This document shows positions 35,801 to 48,806 of a stretch of DNA of 64,000 nt, piece after piece. Below the pieces are notes generated by a model. The model was given only the letters and a program-made list of their open reading frames with translations. It was not told the origin of the DNA and ran no database searches. The DNA comes from Lingula anatina (taxonomy: Eukaryota > Animalia > Brachiopoda), in NCBI GenBank assembly GCA_051362555.1, contig CM120643.1, forward strand, positions 23,812,848 through 23,876,847. The letters are read 5' to 3'. Every line of letters starts with the position of its first letter. The stretch's first letter is position 1. A program made the translations under genes and the position numbers.

Positions 35801-36200
35801 AACAACCACCAACTCGTGGCTACAGAGCTAGAGCAGGTTTGAGCAAGTCAATGTCTGAAAAATGTCGGCCATTCAATTCTTTGTTTGGATAATCAGCTGT
35901 TCGCACAGCTGATAGACCGCAATTTACAAAGCTGATTAAAAACTTCATATCTGGGCAGTATCTACAGATTTAAAGCATACTGTTACAATGCTTTCAACTT
36001 GATTGTTACCCAACGGTCAGATATTGCAGAAGCTGCCCTTCATTTTGCAGGATAAATGAAATCCTAGCCGTTATATTATTCTGTTACTGTCATATTTACG
36101 CCGGGTAACTCACTTTCTCCATGCAATGTAGACCTTCAGCCTTGGGGTCTAGCTCCAGTTCGATCACGGCGTTGTCGGGCTGGGTAACCACACACAACAT
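20143..36200 (-). CDS. MYLIP: E3 ubiquitin-protein ligase MYLIP/IDOL (FERM + C3HC4 RING), 6 coding exons, 447 aa
   Basis: Exons 36200-36114, 34398-34208, 25113-24709, 21508-21252, 20948-20770, 20367-20143 join in frame (1344 nt). Hallmarks: [13 protein letters not shown]-like [48 protein letters not shown] and a C-terminal RING. Confidence 0.95.
20770..20948 (-). CDS. MYLIP: MYLIP exon 5
   Basis: [24 protein letters not shown]...; donor GTAAAA, phase 0. Confidence 0.88.
21252..21508 (-). CDS. MYLIP: MYLIP exon 4 (FERM C-lobe)
   Basis: IPYPTVQMA...[17 protein letters not shown]...[16 protein letters not shown]. Confidence 0.93.
23230..23571 (+). promoter_or_regulatory. Cluster of nuclear-receptor-type direct repeats, mostly 5-bp spacing, in MYLIP intron 3
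   Basis: TGGTCA-5-TGGTCA-5-AGGTCA (23230-23257); AGGTCA-5-TGGTCA (23369-23385); CGGTCA-6-TGGTCA-5-AGATCA (23507-23535). Function is inferred. Confidence 0.4.
24423..24494. repeat. (CA)n microsatellite
   Basis: Read directly. Confidence 0.95.
24645..24685. repeat. (CAGT)n(CAGA)n microsatellite
   Basis: Read directly; lies next to the MYLIP exon 3 donor. Confidence 0.9.
24709..25113 (-). CDS. MYLIP: MYLIP exon 3 (FERM central lobe)
   Basis: HLFYL...AQAELGD...ENFGVEFH...IGVGPGGI. Confidence 0.92.
26741..26961. mobile_element. PIF/Harbinger-type MITE
   Basis: Imperfect long TIRs (GACCCCATTTCCAGAGATTAGATCGATCTA / TAGATCGATCTAAAAGCTCTGGGAATACAGCC) with TTA target-site duplication. Confidence 0.75.
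29505..29691. mobile_element. PIF/Harbinger-type foldback MITE
   Basis: Ends GGCTTCATTC / GAACGAAGCC with TTA on both sides; inner 56-bp arms 29511-29566 and 29604-29659 differ at one position. Confidence 0.85.
30827..30890. repeat. (TA)n microsatellite
   Basis: Read directly. Confidence 0.95.
32749..32801. repeat. (TA)n microsatellite
   Basis: Read directly. Confidence 0.95.
34208..34398 (-). CDS. MYLIP: MYLIP exon 2 (FERM N-lobe)
   Basis: [17 protein letters not shown]...WLN.RN...[19 protein letters not shown]. Confidence 0.93.
34975..35155. repeat. Degenerate tandem duplication of about 100 bp
   Basis: ATAAATAAATCTCCCAGT...GAGTCATAA...CAGCTTCTTTTACTAT..GCAAG occurs twice. Confidence 0.75.
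35292..35373 (+). mobile_element. Probable tRNA-derived SINE head (degenerate)
   Basis: A-box-like TAGACTCAGGCTTAGAGC and B-box GGTTCAATCCC; no valid cloverleaf. Confidence 0.45.
36114..36200 (-). CDS. MYLIP: MYLIP exon 1
   Basis: [29 protein letters not shown]|GTGAGT; resembles the vertebrate MYLIP N-terminus (MLCYVTRPD...). Confidence 0.9.
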
Positions 36201-36293
36201 TTCTGAAGAGTTTCCACTTGCTCGTACATGGACGTTTTCTTGTTCACGTAAATTTTACGAATTTGACCGGTACTCAAAGGCACGCTGCTTAAA

Positions 36294-36476
36294 AAGTCCA
36301 AAGTCCAAACCTGTTGTAATCTGTCCGTGACCTCTAGTTGATCACATGCTACTCAACCAATCAGATTACAACATAGTCAGCAACGACCAATGGCATTCAA
36401 GAATATGGCTTTGATTGACAGGTGGCAAGAATAATAAGTAAACAAAGAGGAGGGACGTTTTTGACGTTTCCACGTG
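36294..36476 (-). promoter_or_regulatory. Putative MYLIP proximal promoter / 5' region
   Basis: CAAAGTCCA-type DR1 (36294-36307), TGACCT-5-TGATCA (36328-36344), CCAAT at 36357 and 36387, TGATTGACAG (36412-36421), GTAAACA (36439), CACGTG (36471), all 100-280 bp upstream of the ATG. Confidence 0.55.
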
Positions 36477-37689
36477 TATGTCATGGCCAAATTTAGGTCT
36501 ACAACCAACAAGATAATTCTCCCGTGCGAGAAAGTTGCACAAAACATTGAAAGAACTGTGGTATATTTTGCTGCTAAGATGAAGCTGTATCACTCTAAGA
36601 AATGAACGTTCCTTAGAGATGATGCCAATTTTAACCGAGTTTCATGTGATGCTGAGTCACCGTAATTTTCAATAAAGCAACCCACGCAAGTGGGCCCCGG
36701 TCGGTGGTGGTGACCCACAACTTGCCTATTCTGTAAACCACGAAACGAAAACGCCTTTCTTGAAGAAAATTTACTTAGATACTGCATTTCTTGATTAATA
36801 TGCTACATATATATTTGTAGAAAGGGGTGGGGGGGCAGTGCACGCGAATAAGGTCACACTATTCATTTATTTACTTGATGTGTTTATTCGAGCGTCCTCG
36901 CTTGTCCGCTGTATGTTCGCTCCTTACCCTGAACGCAGACAATGGTTTACGTGTCTTAGTGAAGAGCAAACAAATATTGTTTAGGTACACTAAGTAAGGT
37001 AAATTAGTCGCCGTTGTTGAACAATTCCTTTGAGGTTTTACCTGGAGCAGCTACCGCTGGATGTTATCCTCAGTCACCCAGCTGAGGGTGCTTGTTGATT
37101 CGGTTCATTGACTGAACATTATAAGTAGGAAAAATATTTTGTGGCATTTCAGTGTTCTCCACAACTTGATTTGTGTAGATTTTACTTCGAAATGGATGCG
37201 TTTAAAGGGTCCTCTTCCTCGCATCAGTTTTGAAAGTTCTTCCCACGTCCATAGATGTAATAGATGTATATTTCTTATTTTGTTTTGTTCAACCAAATCG
37301 AGGAAGAAAATATATGAGAGGAAGGATTTGGAGGAAGCAAATTCCAAATTTCTGATGTCATTTTATTGTTTATTGTTATTGGAAAATGTCGGGCTTTGTT
37401 TATTTGCTGCCTAACGGGTCCTCGGGCTTACCTTCCGTTTTCAACCTCCAAGCCTGAGGCCAATCGATTGTAACCGGGAAGCGAGGAAACCTGAGGCATT
37501 GTTTCACCCAGTAAACGGATTAGGTCACGGGGGATACCGGGATATTCCCATACTGTGATCTTGTCCTCACGCCTTTATTAATTATTAAGATTGATAATAT
37601 ATCTTGGCTTTTGTTCAACTTTGTAAGAATAGCCTGACGGAGCTTTTACTAGTGTATTATTGTGTGAGACTGCAGGTGTATATGTGTGT

Positions 37690-37720
<31 letters not shown>

Positions 37721-37828
37721 GGGGCGCAGGTGGATGACAAAATAGTAAAAGATAAAAGCGCACTTTTCTCTACTAATGTCGAAACCTCTAATGTATTTTA
37801 CTAGTACCTAGTTGAATGCAAAAAAAAA

Positions 37829-37918
37829 AAAATAATAATAAATAAATAATAATAATAATAAATAATAAATAAATAAATAAATAAATAAAAATAAATAAAT
37901 AAAATAAATAAATAAATA
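37829..37918. repeat. (AAT)n/(AAAT)n low-complexity tract
   Basis: Read directly. Confidence 0.9.
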
Positions 37919-38363
37919 GTAAAAAAGTTATAATAATGTATAAACAGTATTTCCATTTTCTAAACACTTGAACACTGGAAGATAGTTCTTCTTTGGATGT
38001 CATAGGAAAGTCATACCTTATGAAACACCTATTTAATGCAAAAAAACAAAAGCCAAGATTATCCCTAGCTTATCTCCCATTTTCAATATCATGTGGATAA
38101 ATCCAAAAATACTCATGTGGATAAATTCTAAATTAAAAAGAAGAAAAAAGTATAATCTGATTATAGTTATGTGTCGTTTTACAGTCACACATCCTCTATA
38201 AGATCACCGCGTCGTGGACCCTTCCTAGAGTTTCGTTTTCACCTCACGAGTAAGAGAGGTCCTTTATTACTGAGTTAACTTACACTACAGAGGAAACAAA
38301 TATATATTAACCTCAGAGGGTCCAAAATTTATCAAAATTGAGTGATGAAGTAAACGAAAGCAG

Positions 38364-38614
38364 GGTCCAGTTCCATCAACAATAGATAGCACTAAACTGT
38401 GGATAATACTATCCATTGGATAAAACTGTTTCTTTTCAACAGTTATCCTGAAATGGCAGCCATTTTTATCCTCTGGAAAGCAATTTTAGAAACTAAAATA
38501 AATATCTAGTGTATAGAAAAAAATATTTTACCCACAGGAAACTGTCCATAGGATAACAATTTTATCTAGTGTTATCCATAGGATAGTTCTCTCCAGTGTT
38601 GATGAAACTGGGCC
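38364..38614. mobile_element. Harbinger-type MITE
   Basis: TIRs GGTCCAGTTCCATCAACA / TGTTGATGAAACTGGGCC, CAG target-site duplication, internal GGATAA/TTATCC subterminal repeats. Confidence 0.8.
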
Positions 38615-39900
38615 CAGATGTTTATTTTTCGGTCCATTATTTTTCTTGATCGTCCTTTCTTCTTCCCTTTTTCCTCCCTCCTTCCCTCGCTTCCACCCTA
38701 GCCTTAGTCCTGAATGCACTGATTCATTCAAAGATTCATTAATCCACCCCTCCATGAAATCTAACAAATTAATTAATTATGAAGGCAGTTTGTGTGCCTT
38801 GCGCTATACTGCAGGTAGCAATCTTGCTTGTGGCATCATTTTCGACCGTTTTCGACTAACATCACAGATTGATTAAATGCCTTTCTGTAACACCAATCAC
38901 ATTTTGCTCTGCTCATGGAATTAGTAGCACCAATAAGCTCATTTAAGTAGTATATTATAATATAATAAAAAACCAAACTAAAAAAAGAAAAAAATAGCAT
39001 TTGTTCAACCCTCTGCCTGCCATTTGTTAGCAAAATCATCGGTTCAACGGGCCAGAGAACACGCATTATCTCCATAACAGCAAACCTGCATATTGGATTG
39101 TGCTGTGCAATCTTTGTGCTGGCGCACCTGTCGCATTCGAGACTGGGCATTGCGACAGTGATAGGCATGCGTCCGGTGTGGATGTACAGGTGTTGTGTTG
39201 GCATATTTTTATATCAATGTGTCAAACGCGCTGTTGCTATGTTGGTTAGAAACCATATAAACATCTATAGCCTCATTCCGCGAAGAAGGTGATTCGGCAG
39301 GTAACTAAACAGGCCCTATAGGAAGTCTGAACATTACCTCAAACGTGAAGAAATATTTATGGTTATAAAGTCGATTCTATTTTTGTGTACTCTCTGTAAC
39401 CCCTTTTATTTTCAAATAATAATAATTAAATAAAACTGCTTGTCTCTCTGCGTCTTCATTCTGCTTCAACGAAAAATTTGTTTCTCTTTGATGGCATTAA
39501 AGCTTGTGAACGGAAAAATGTTTCCTTTTGCATTTGCTTATATACAGTCATATGTTACAGCTCAAATCGTCCTCTGTATGCGAGATAATTATACCGAGGC
39601 GCAGTGGAAGACTCATGTTGAAACTAGTACTTACTTTCTATATAATTAGTTACGCAAACTTAAAGCTGACGTTTCAAAACAATCCTGGAGTAACGTATAA
39701 CAACATCACGAATCTGTAACAGAAGTGGAATATTATGACACCACATGTACCTGTGACATAAACACCTGACAGCGTTCCACGTACTGGAGCATGGAGCAAC
39801 TTCAAAGGCGGGAGCTCATCTGAGCAGTGACCTAAACACGCTAAAAGATAGAAGGATTCGAATCAAGTTTTTTTTATTCTTTAAATTTGTGTTCAATACT

Positions 39901-40113
39901 CAGTGCCGAGTTTAGAGGGGGGGGGGTCAGGGGGGTCCTGAATTTTGACTAGCTGATTTATAGTACTAAACCGCACCAAATGGCATCGTTTGCCTTCTAA
40001 AATACCCAAAAATTTCTGGGCCCTTCAGCGGGCCCTGAACCTAGGCCAACCGAGGGGGGGTTTCACATCTTCGGACTCCCCCCGCCCTTCAAATAATCTT
40101 GGAAACGCCCCTG
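39901..40113. mobile_element. MITE with CAG...CTG ends
   Basis: CAGTGCCGAGTTTAG / TTGGAAACGCCCCTG, flanked by the 6-bp direct repeat AATACT. Confidence 0.75.
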
Positions 40114-41848
40114 AATACTAGCTTATTTTAATCCAGTTACTAGTCTGAACTGGTTTCCAGAATTTTATTTGATTGATTTGCTGTCAATGTTGCGCTAACC
40201 ACAATCGCATAGTGATCCATTAAGGTCGATAAACGCTAAGTAGTAACGGAACGTATACATGGTATTGTCACGCACATTGATATCTCACCGAGACTGGATG
40301 TTAAAAGGGTTTAATTTCCTTTTCTTACCTTTCAAATTAACAAATAACCAGTTCATCGCCTTTTCACTGCACCAGCTACTGTTTATAACCTTATGCCACA
40401 GAACAGGCTGGTCTGACAGAGGGCGCAATGAGACAATGCTTCGCGGATTGTGAGCAGAATTCAGGAGCAGAGAAAGTACCTGTATCAACGGAGACCGCCG
40501 CTTTCAATAGAAGTTCGGCATTTGAACGCGATTTTTTGTTCCCAATCCTTCTTTCGATCTAGCTCACTGAGCAGCATTCATTCTAGTATGCCTTCATTGT
40601 TTTTTCACTGGGTGTCCCTAAATTAAAAAAAAAAGGGGGGGGGGGGGTGAAGAATTCAAATCTGCCTATATTTCCCTCTCAGTATAAAGTGAGAGCAAAT
40701 GTGAATTTCAAGATATATGTCCATTGTAGACGATCGATTGGAACAAAGTATTTCCGAAGTACGCCTCTTACTCGTTCAGAAAAAAAAATAATAATAATAA
40801 CTGCTATTTAATGGATGAATACAAAGCGAAGAATGAACATTCAGATAAAATAGATGTAGAATAGAATAAAAAAGGGAAAGATTAAAAAAAAAGACATCGC
40901 AACTAGTGAAGAGAAAAAAGTTCTTAGTGTGCTCTCCCACAAGTTCCACAAACTCATTCTTCTCGACACTGTTCATATATACTACATATCCCTTACACAT
41001 AGCGTGCAGAAATTAATTAATTTCTATTTGAGTTCAACCATTCAGAACGGAAAATAAATGATGGGGATTATATCATCCCCGTGAAGAGGTTGTTGCTTTT
41101 TGTATTTTTATACGAATTAAAATCCAGTTCTTCGGTGTTGAATATGAGCGACATACATACTTCTATTCATGCATTGTGAAGGACTGCTAATTTTACCTTT
41201 TTGTCATATAATACATATGTACACCCTGGGTACAATATGGTAAATAATTCAAAATCCCGCATTTAAATTTTGTCACTGATGAAAAGTAATATTGAACTAG
41301 TTGTCGGGATGCGGTTTTTTTCTTTGTTACCCTCATTTCAGACAAACACAGGATCCGGGATAAAAAGCAATTTGAACTCCACCCAAAATTGTATGTATAG
41401 CTGAGACTTATTTCTTGTTTTTTATCATATGCTACAGATTGACGCAAATATATATGTATATACCTAATAACAGGTTGACAGGAAAAGAAGATTACTTTAC
41501 TAATTTGGATATCGTAAAAGTGCTAAGGATTACAATTTGAATAAGGATCTTGAAGTTAAGGTTGGAATTAAGATGCTCATGAAGGGGAATTAACATTATG
41601 CAAAAACAAGAGGAATTCAAAAATGAAAACATAGGTGAGTTTATCGATCTTTTTGTTGTTATTTTGCCAATTATAATGATTTTTAATTTTATGTTAATAA
41701 TGAAGTTCTGCACGCCGACATTTCAAATCGTGTACTCGGTGCATTTCTCCGTGACTGTTTTATGTAATCGCACATAAAAACTATTTGTTGTAAATGGGAA
41801 ATGCTTCTTAATTCGAATAAGACAAGATTCAGCAAATGTAATGCTTTT

Positions 41849-42016
41849 CAGGGGCGGATTTAGGCCGTCTTCTGGGTCTTCTGGAAGACGGTCAGATTTT
41901 CAAGTTTACATTGTCAGCCATCTAATGTTTTCTGTCGCAAGACGGTCAAAAATGGAAGATGGATCAACAAAGATAATTTGGAAGACTGTCAGAAAATATC
42001 TCTGGATCCGCGCCTG
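41849..42016. mobile_element. MITE with CAGGGGCGGAT...ATCCGCGCCTG TIRs
   Basis: TIRs, a CTTTT flanking duplication and internal GAAGAC/GTCTTC repeats; same end type as 39901-40113. Confidence 0.75.
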
Positions 42017-45000
42017 CTTTTCTTATATTTTCAAATTAGCCTAACTTCCCTCAGAAAACGTGCGCATTTTTACCTATATACGACATTCGTGTTTTGTTAT
42101 CAAAAGACCAAATTGCGGCCGAAAGGAAAGATATAGCCAAAAGATCAATGATTTGCAGTTAACTTACTTCAAAATGAATAGGGGAGATTAGCTGCGTTTC
42201 GATCCAGACATCATAGCCTTTGGGCCAAGAATTTTTTAAATGTAGTAACCGTGCTTAGAACGACGTGATAATAGCATTGGTGATAATAGGTGTATGGAAG
42301 TGCACACAAATATAAATCTTTCAAAAACTAGAATTGGGGGTCAGCCAGATGTCATGTCACTTTTTTTCACTGTTTTCATAATTTATGGCAGTTTTGTGAG
42401 TTTGTAGGAGTAAAAATAATGACTTAATTCTGACATCGTTTGAAAACAATGTCAACGTGTTCGTCGAGCCAGGTCATATAGTTGCTCCTTCATGCGACTT
42501 CTCTCGCTGTCGATGGTCATCGAATGACTGCACCGTAATAAACCTCTCCTCCTGCGACAAACAAGATAAATTTCACTTACTTTGTCTGAAATGTGGGACG
42601 ATTATTTTCAGTGACTTAATTTTACCACATTAAAATGCTTATCACCACTTCAGCAAGCGAGCAAAATTTGCAATAATTGCTTGAAAAATTGTATTATTCA
42701 TTAGTCAATGGTCGGCAATTCTCTCATGCTGCGCCTTGCCGTGGCGTGTCCCTTGAACAACATTTTCCTGAAAAATTGAACTATTTGAGTACAAAAAGCA
42801 CAAAGTAAGGTATGATCGTATTTTTCCATCAGGTGAAAGTGCTAATAACGTAAAATAACGCCTTATATTATTTTGTGATCAAATGTTTCTGAAATCGTGC
42901 CTGCTGAGATATGGATACTGACCGTTATAGCAATGAGTTGGGACAAAAATAAAACTTTCAATTGTGTGTGTGTAGCAGATGTAGGGGGCTGGGGTTACAG
43001 CTCAGAAAAAAAAAAGAGAGAAGCGATGATGGGGTTTTCTGCGTCCAAGCCTGTAGTGGGAAAACTATGAAAAAAAAGAACTTCTAATACGTTATAATAA
43101 TCTCAGACACGAATTTCATCAGCTGTGTTATGTTATAGGAAGAAGGCAGTTTTTCCCCCAAAATAATTTTCAAGAATGCACCCCCCTCTCCCCAGCAGTC
43201 TACAGGACTAGTGTCACTAACCAAGACGCTTATTATAACGTTGAAGGGGAAATAATGTACCTCAGAAAAATACACTGGAAGATAAAGCCAACAGCAAGAG
43301 AAATGTGTGAACTGATGAAAAATAGGTTGCACCTTTCATGAGATTGACAAAATTAATGTTTTTTTTTTCTTGCTTGTCACGGTTCAGCCTAAACCATACA
43401 GTTTATATATCTGAGCTTTGAAAAGTATAGGGTATCACGTCACTCAGGAGTGTGGGAATGTTCTTAACAGCAAATCATATACGTAGTCAAGAAGTAAGTG
43501 TGATGTCACCCTAGATGACCCAAAAATCATCGATGCACAGATGAACGTCAGCCTTGGGGGCTTTTTATCGATTTCAGCACCCTGAAATTGCTAACGCCTC
43601 TAGTTCTAAAACGTGTTTACACCTTTCAAGTTTTTAAGGCACTAAAAACGACTCACCTGCAACTTAGCATACTGCTACATGTAGGTACGAGTCGGATGAC
43701 GCAAGGTACATTTAACTCTTTTGTTTGAACTACGTTTTCCACACCAAAGACCCTTGAAACCAACAATCATTATTATCAATAACAATGGCTATGGGTTAGG
43801 GTGTAGCCCGCTATATACCAGGTGGTTATTGTCGCGTATGAAAAAGGTGTGCTCATTTATGTTCTATTCCCGCCTAAAGGATAAAAGATGTGGGTGTGTT
43901 TGTTATTGAACTCCTTATTTTGTTAGTGACAACCCGTTTTACCGACGCCCTTATTTTGCGAGATTATTTATTTGAGAACGTCAATGATCTTGATATTATC
44001 AATACTAAATGTTCACGTCCCTGCTTAAACATATTATACCCACGCTGAAAAAAGTGTCATAGGTGATTTTACGGCACTGAACTCGCAATTGGAAATAATG
44101 TTAAAAAATATGCCGCAATCAAAAAACGGGCTAAGATGATCATCTGTATGATCAAAAGTCAAATTTGACCGTCTTCTCAAAAAGGCAACAACATTTCATT
44201 GGTTTTACATAGATTTTATACAGTTGTAAAGCTAGTGTGAGATTAGCATGAGTGCTGGCGCAGCGATCGAGTGAGCCAGTTTGAGGACACGTGTGAAGCC
44301 AATAAGGTCAAGGTGCTAGCTTTCTGTAAATAGTTAAATCGGTAGACTATTGAAGGGTATTTGTTGTAGCCAGTAATACAGAGGATGTGTAATGTGAATT
44401 CAACGAGGAACACGAATCTATCTATCTATAGTTGTATTCATCTGAGGATAATTTTTAAAGATTATTGCAGAAATATTTAATGAAAAAAAACATTTTAATT
44501 TTAAATTCTATTACCATATAATAGAGATATATCTAAATACATTGATTAAAATATCTAGTAAAGGAATTTTCAATCGGAAAGCTAGCAATGTTTCATTTGT
44601 ATAGATTTTAAGAAATCACCTGAAAAAATTACGAAACACATGCCTGCAAACATAACAAAGTTTTGCTATTAATTCACACTTTTCTTTGTAATTCATCCTT
44701 AAGAAAATGCAGATATTTTTTAAAAAACTGAACAAAATATTAATGGGCAAACTTTTTCCTATAATCTGTACAAAATTAAACCTAGATAATTTAAATAACA
44801 CTCAAACAAACGGCGGCTCGCTTTTAATTTAGCATTCCTTTACTAAATGTTACTAAATCAATCTACACGCCTTTTCTTTAAACATTTATGCAATTATCTT
44901 TAAAAGTATCATCCTCGGATGTATTTTACAGATCATATATAATGAATGCAACTATATTTCATTTGCCACGCCTGTAAAATCCTGACTAACACTTTAATTA

Positions 45001-48000
45001 AAAATCGCTGACAGGGTTTTGGAGTACTAAATGGTGTCATTAAATCAGCGTGATCGTGGGTGCTCAGGTAAAAGAGAAACGCGAGAAACCGATCTTTCAG
45101 TTTTTACCCCTAAATTGCAATTATGACGTCACATGTAAGATGACATAAGTGTAAATGTTTATTAATTTAACCATTGAGCAATGAAGATTTATTTATTACC
45201 AAAAAGAATGTATGTTAGGCAGTAAATAAGGAGTGACAATATCTCCTAATCTATCTTAGTTCAGATTCTATACTTGATGAAGAAAAATAATGCCTTTGTT
45301 TAATGAAAATTTGTAATAAGGGGCTCATAACTCCATCACAAAAGCATTTAAACCAAAATGATGGCACGGGGTTGTAGCTCATTCACTCGCGATCAACTCT
45401 ACCAATTGTCGTGATCTTGTTCAGGGATGAAGTTACGCCCCATACCGACTGCTACTAGTTTTCTCACCTCAAAATAGAAAGGTGTGAAATTGATGATTAA
45501 GTCTTTGAGTTGTTTATGCTTTTACATTGCAACGAGAAACATAAACGCTGATATTTCATATTTTTGCGGGTGTTTTTTATTGTTTTAAATCAGCACAAAG
45601 ATAGATGCATAATTTAATAATTAGATGCAGGATAAAACTAATTTTTGGTATCTGGATGACATTAAAGGTTTAAATTATCTTAAACACTTTTTTCTATCGA
45701 CTTGCAGCCTACACGTACGTATGCTTGCTTTTCCATGAATAAAAAACCAAAACTAAGCTGTAAGCAATGTTTAGAAATAAAGGGAAAACGAGTACAGTCA
45801 CGGTTTTGCCACAATTTATGTATAAGGTAGTTGGAATCAATTTTAATATAGAGATGCATCTGAAGCAGACCGCTGGATAAAGAGGTCAACATGCGGCAAG
45901 TCGGTATCTATTTGGTAAAATATTATCTGTTAGGTTACCAACGGCGCTGCAATATAAAATTATGTTGAGTGCTATGGTACCTGAGTGAAAAATAATAATT
46001 ATAAATAATGATCATAAAAATTAATAAAAATAGGAAGATAAAATAAATATCAAATGCTAATCTATAGACGGGGGAAAGTTTTACTGATTTAATCAGTAAT
46101 TCCAGCTGTAGCCGAGGTAAAAAAACTGAGAACTATGCTAAATTTTGACACGTTTTACCAATTTAAGTGTGGAATAAAGATTATTCAAAGTTTTTTTATT
46201 ACTTTGAAAGCAGAAATATGAAGTGTATCCAATACAATATTACACAAAAGGAGAAAGGAAATAAAACAAGTAAATGCTAGCTGGTATCCCAAATAAAAAT
46301 AGTGTATTTTAAAACTCAGTCACGCCAATAACATTTTGTGTACATATGAATTTCATGAAGTGTACGGCACCCGGGCTATCGATTGTAATTGCAGATCAAA
46401 ACATGTACAACCAAACTGGTCCTCTGCGTGACAAGGTAGAAAGTTTCCATTTGATCTAAGATCTACCAACGGCTCCGTGGCTTAAACTCAGCTTCTCAGA
46501 AATTTCATTTTATTACTATAAGAAGTAAAATGTATATTAGGTCGGCTGGTGGGTCAGGCACAGCGCTGTCGTTGGCGTGCGTGGCTGCAAAAAAAAAGTC
46601 CGTTACAGCAACGACCTGGAACTTACTGCTGGTCATTATCTTAAAGTCTTCCTTTCTCTTCAATTTTAGTCTTTAAATTGATGATTAGGCGGGTATGGTC
46701 ACAGTTCACTATCCTTTACCATCTACACCACAGATCAAACTTGAATGGAGTCAATAGCTTATATCCGGCACGGCGGCATGCTCGTCATACTGCCCTTTCA
46801 AAAAAAGTGCTATCTTCTCAGCAGGAATTTTTTAAAAAGTCACGCCGCCCCTATTACTTTACCCAAACGTATTTTTTATGTCCACCCTCCTTGTGCCCGT
46901 GCTTATCAAGACTGTTCATATGATAATATAGTGCCTGGGGCAGTCGACCCCACAGTCGACATCTCAAATGGCAAAACTACTCAAAACCTAAACCGCACAA
47001 GTGTGAACCGCTATCAACTTGAAAAATGAATGTTTTATTTATCCTATGATTATCTAACGACGTGTGACACAATGTGAACTGTCTCGAAGACGGAATTACC
47101 AGCCTCTAGATGACGCAATGCTGATCAACCTTCACATTTTTAATAGGTTGTACTTGTATCAGAGAGGGAACGGTCTTAAAAATGACCTCCAGAAAAATGT
47201 TCATTTAAGTTAGTTTCACATGAGTGTCGGTATTTTGCAGCGCTGAGAATAATAATAATAAAAAAAATTAAATGGTTTTCGTATTCTTTTTCATTCAGAA
47301 ATAATTATAGATTTACCAGAACCACTCCGTCGACGTTAGACACAGTTTCAGGTTCAAATCAATCCCATAATGCTGTGTAATTGTGGCGGAAATTTACCAA
47401 TCACTAGAGCGCGGTGTCAGTCGTACGGTCAAGGACTCCCCAAAACGCGACATAAAATTTATGAAAAGAAAAAAAAATTGCGGGATGATTTGATAAATGT
47501 GTCTTTATGCAACGGCACGCAATAATTGGCCATTTATTGTGAAATTGTGCATGGAAAACGGTGCAACGCCCATGCCTAAATTTGAGTTCACCATAGGGGC
47601 GAGCACGCAATTCTACAGGGTTAGGTTGTTTTCTTTGTTATTTTGACAACAGATAAGGTCAGACTAAGTTACACTCAATTCAAGGCATTGCTATGGTCTG
47701 CTTGATTAATGGTTTTCAAAAGCTGTGCCCTAGCAAAGTGACATTTTAAAAGATACATAGGCCTAACGGGTTTGCTTTAATGATATCACATGGTGAAAAT
47801 TGCAAGGTAAATTTGTTGTGGAATCAGATTGTTGATGTAGGCCTACTTATGAAAAAAAAAAGAGTAGGTAATTTTATTTGAGAGGGAATGTATAATATTC
47901 TCTGTTTGTTGTCGCAAACGCTAGTTATGTTTTTTTGCAATGATGTCAAGATGTCAGTTATAGCACAATTCTTGGAAATAACTGTGCTTATTTTACAAAT

Positions 48001-48692
48001 ATGTAGACCTATCAGTTGTGTAACAGTTACACTTAACGACTAAATAAAAAGCAAAAATGAAATAAAAAATAAATTCTGAAAATAGTCTATCTGAATAAAC
48101 ACGAAGAAAAGTACTGATCATAAGAAAAAACCTTTCACATTCAACATGAAATTGGAACTATACCTCACAAAGATTTTGGTCACTCCATGACTTCCTATAT
48201 TTCTTCGTGACTACACAGATGAATTTCTATACGTGAAATGAAAAAGCTGTATTTAGGAACATACTATGCACCCCCTGAGAAGGATATTAGGCCTGCAGCT
48301 CTAGTTTGATGCGTTCCAGCTAAAAGATGGATTTTTACGACGTCAGGGTGGACAAAAATCTTGGAAAAACTTAATCTCAATAAGGGGGGCAATGACTCAG
48401 AGGAGTCAACGAACATAGGATATTATCAGCCATTACAAAATATAACTAACTAATAAATAAGAATAATAAACGACATTTCCACTGAGAAATTAGCCGTTCT
48501 CCGCTAATCTCGATTTATATGGTGTCGGTGTCACGGGGGCAGAACATCGGCGTGCTCAGATCATAGTGAGGACAGTGTATCGTGCAATTATTAATATTTT
48601 TCATATTTCCATAGGCATTTGAAAGATCCGTATTGACCAATAAAAATTATAAAACCGAAAAGGCTACTTAAACCTCACAAGCTACTTTAATC

Positions 48693-48806
48693 TACCCTCT
48701 ACCAGGGTAAGGAAAAAGTGAAAAGAGATACTAAAATGACCTCTATTTATTTTAATACATAGTATTTATCCTATGAAAAGACAATCTGTGGCCCTGGTAG
48801 AGGGTG
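48693..48806. mobile_element. 114-bp MITE with 9-bp target-site duplication (Mutator-like)
   Basis: Perfect 14-bp IR ACCCTCTACCAGGG / CCCTGGTAGAGGGT; ACTTTAATC at 48684-48692 and 48807-48815. Confidence 0.8.

Noticed and set aside
45300-45460. Possible second Helentron remnant ending in CTAGTT
   Set aside because: No matching 5' subterminal repeat or clear hairpin found, so too weak to call.
36366-48600. Short ORFs in the spacer between MYLIP and the repeat gene
   Set aside because: No recognisable domains or phase-compatible exon chain; non-coding 5' exons cannot be excluded.
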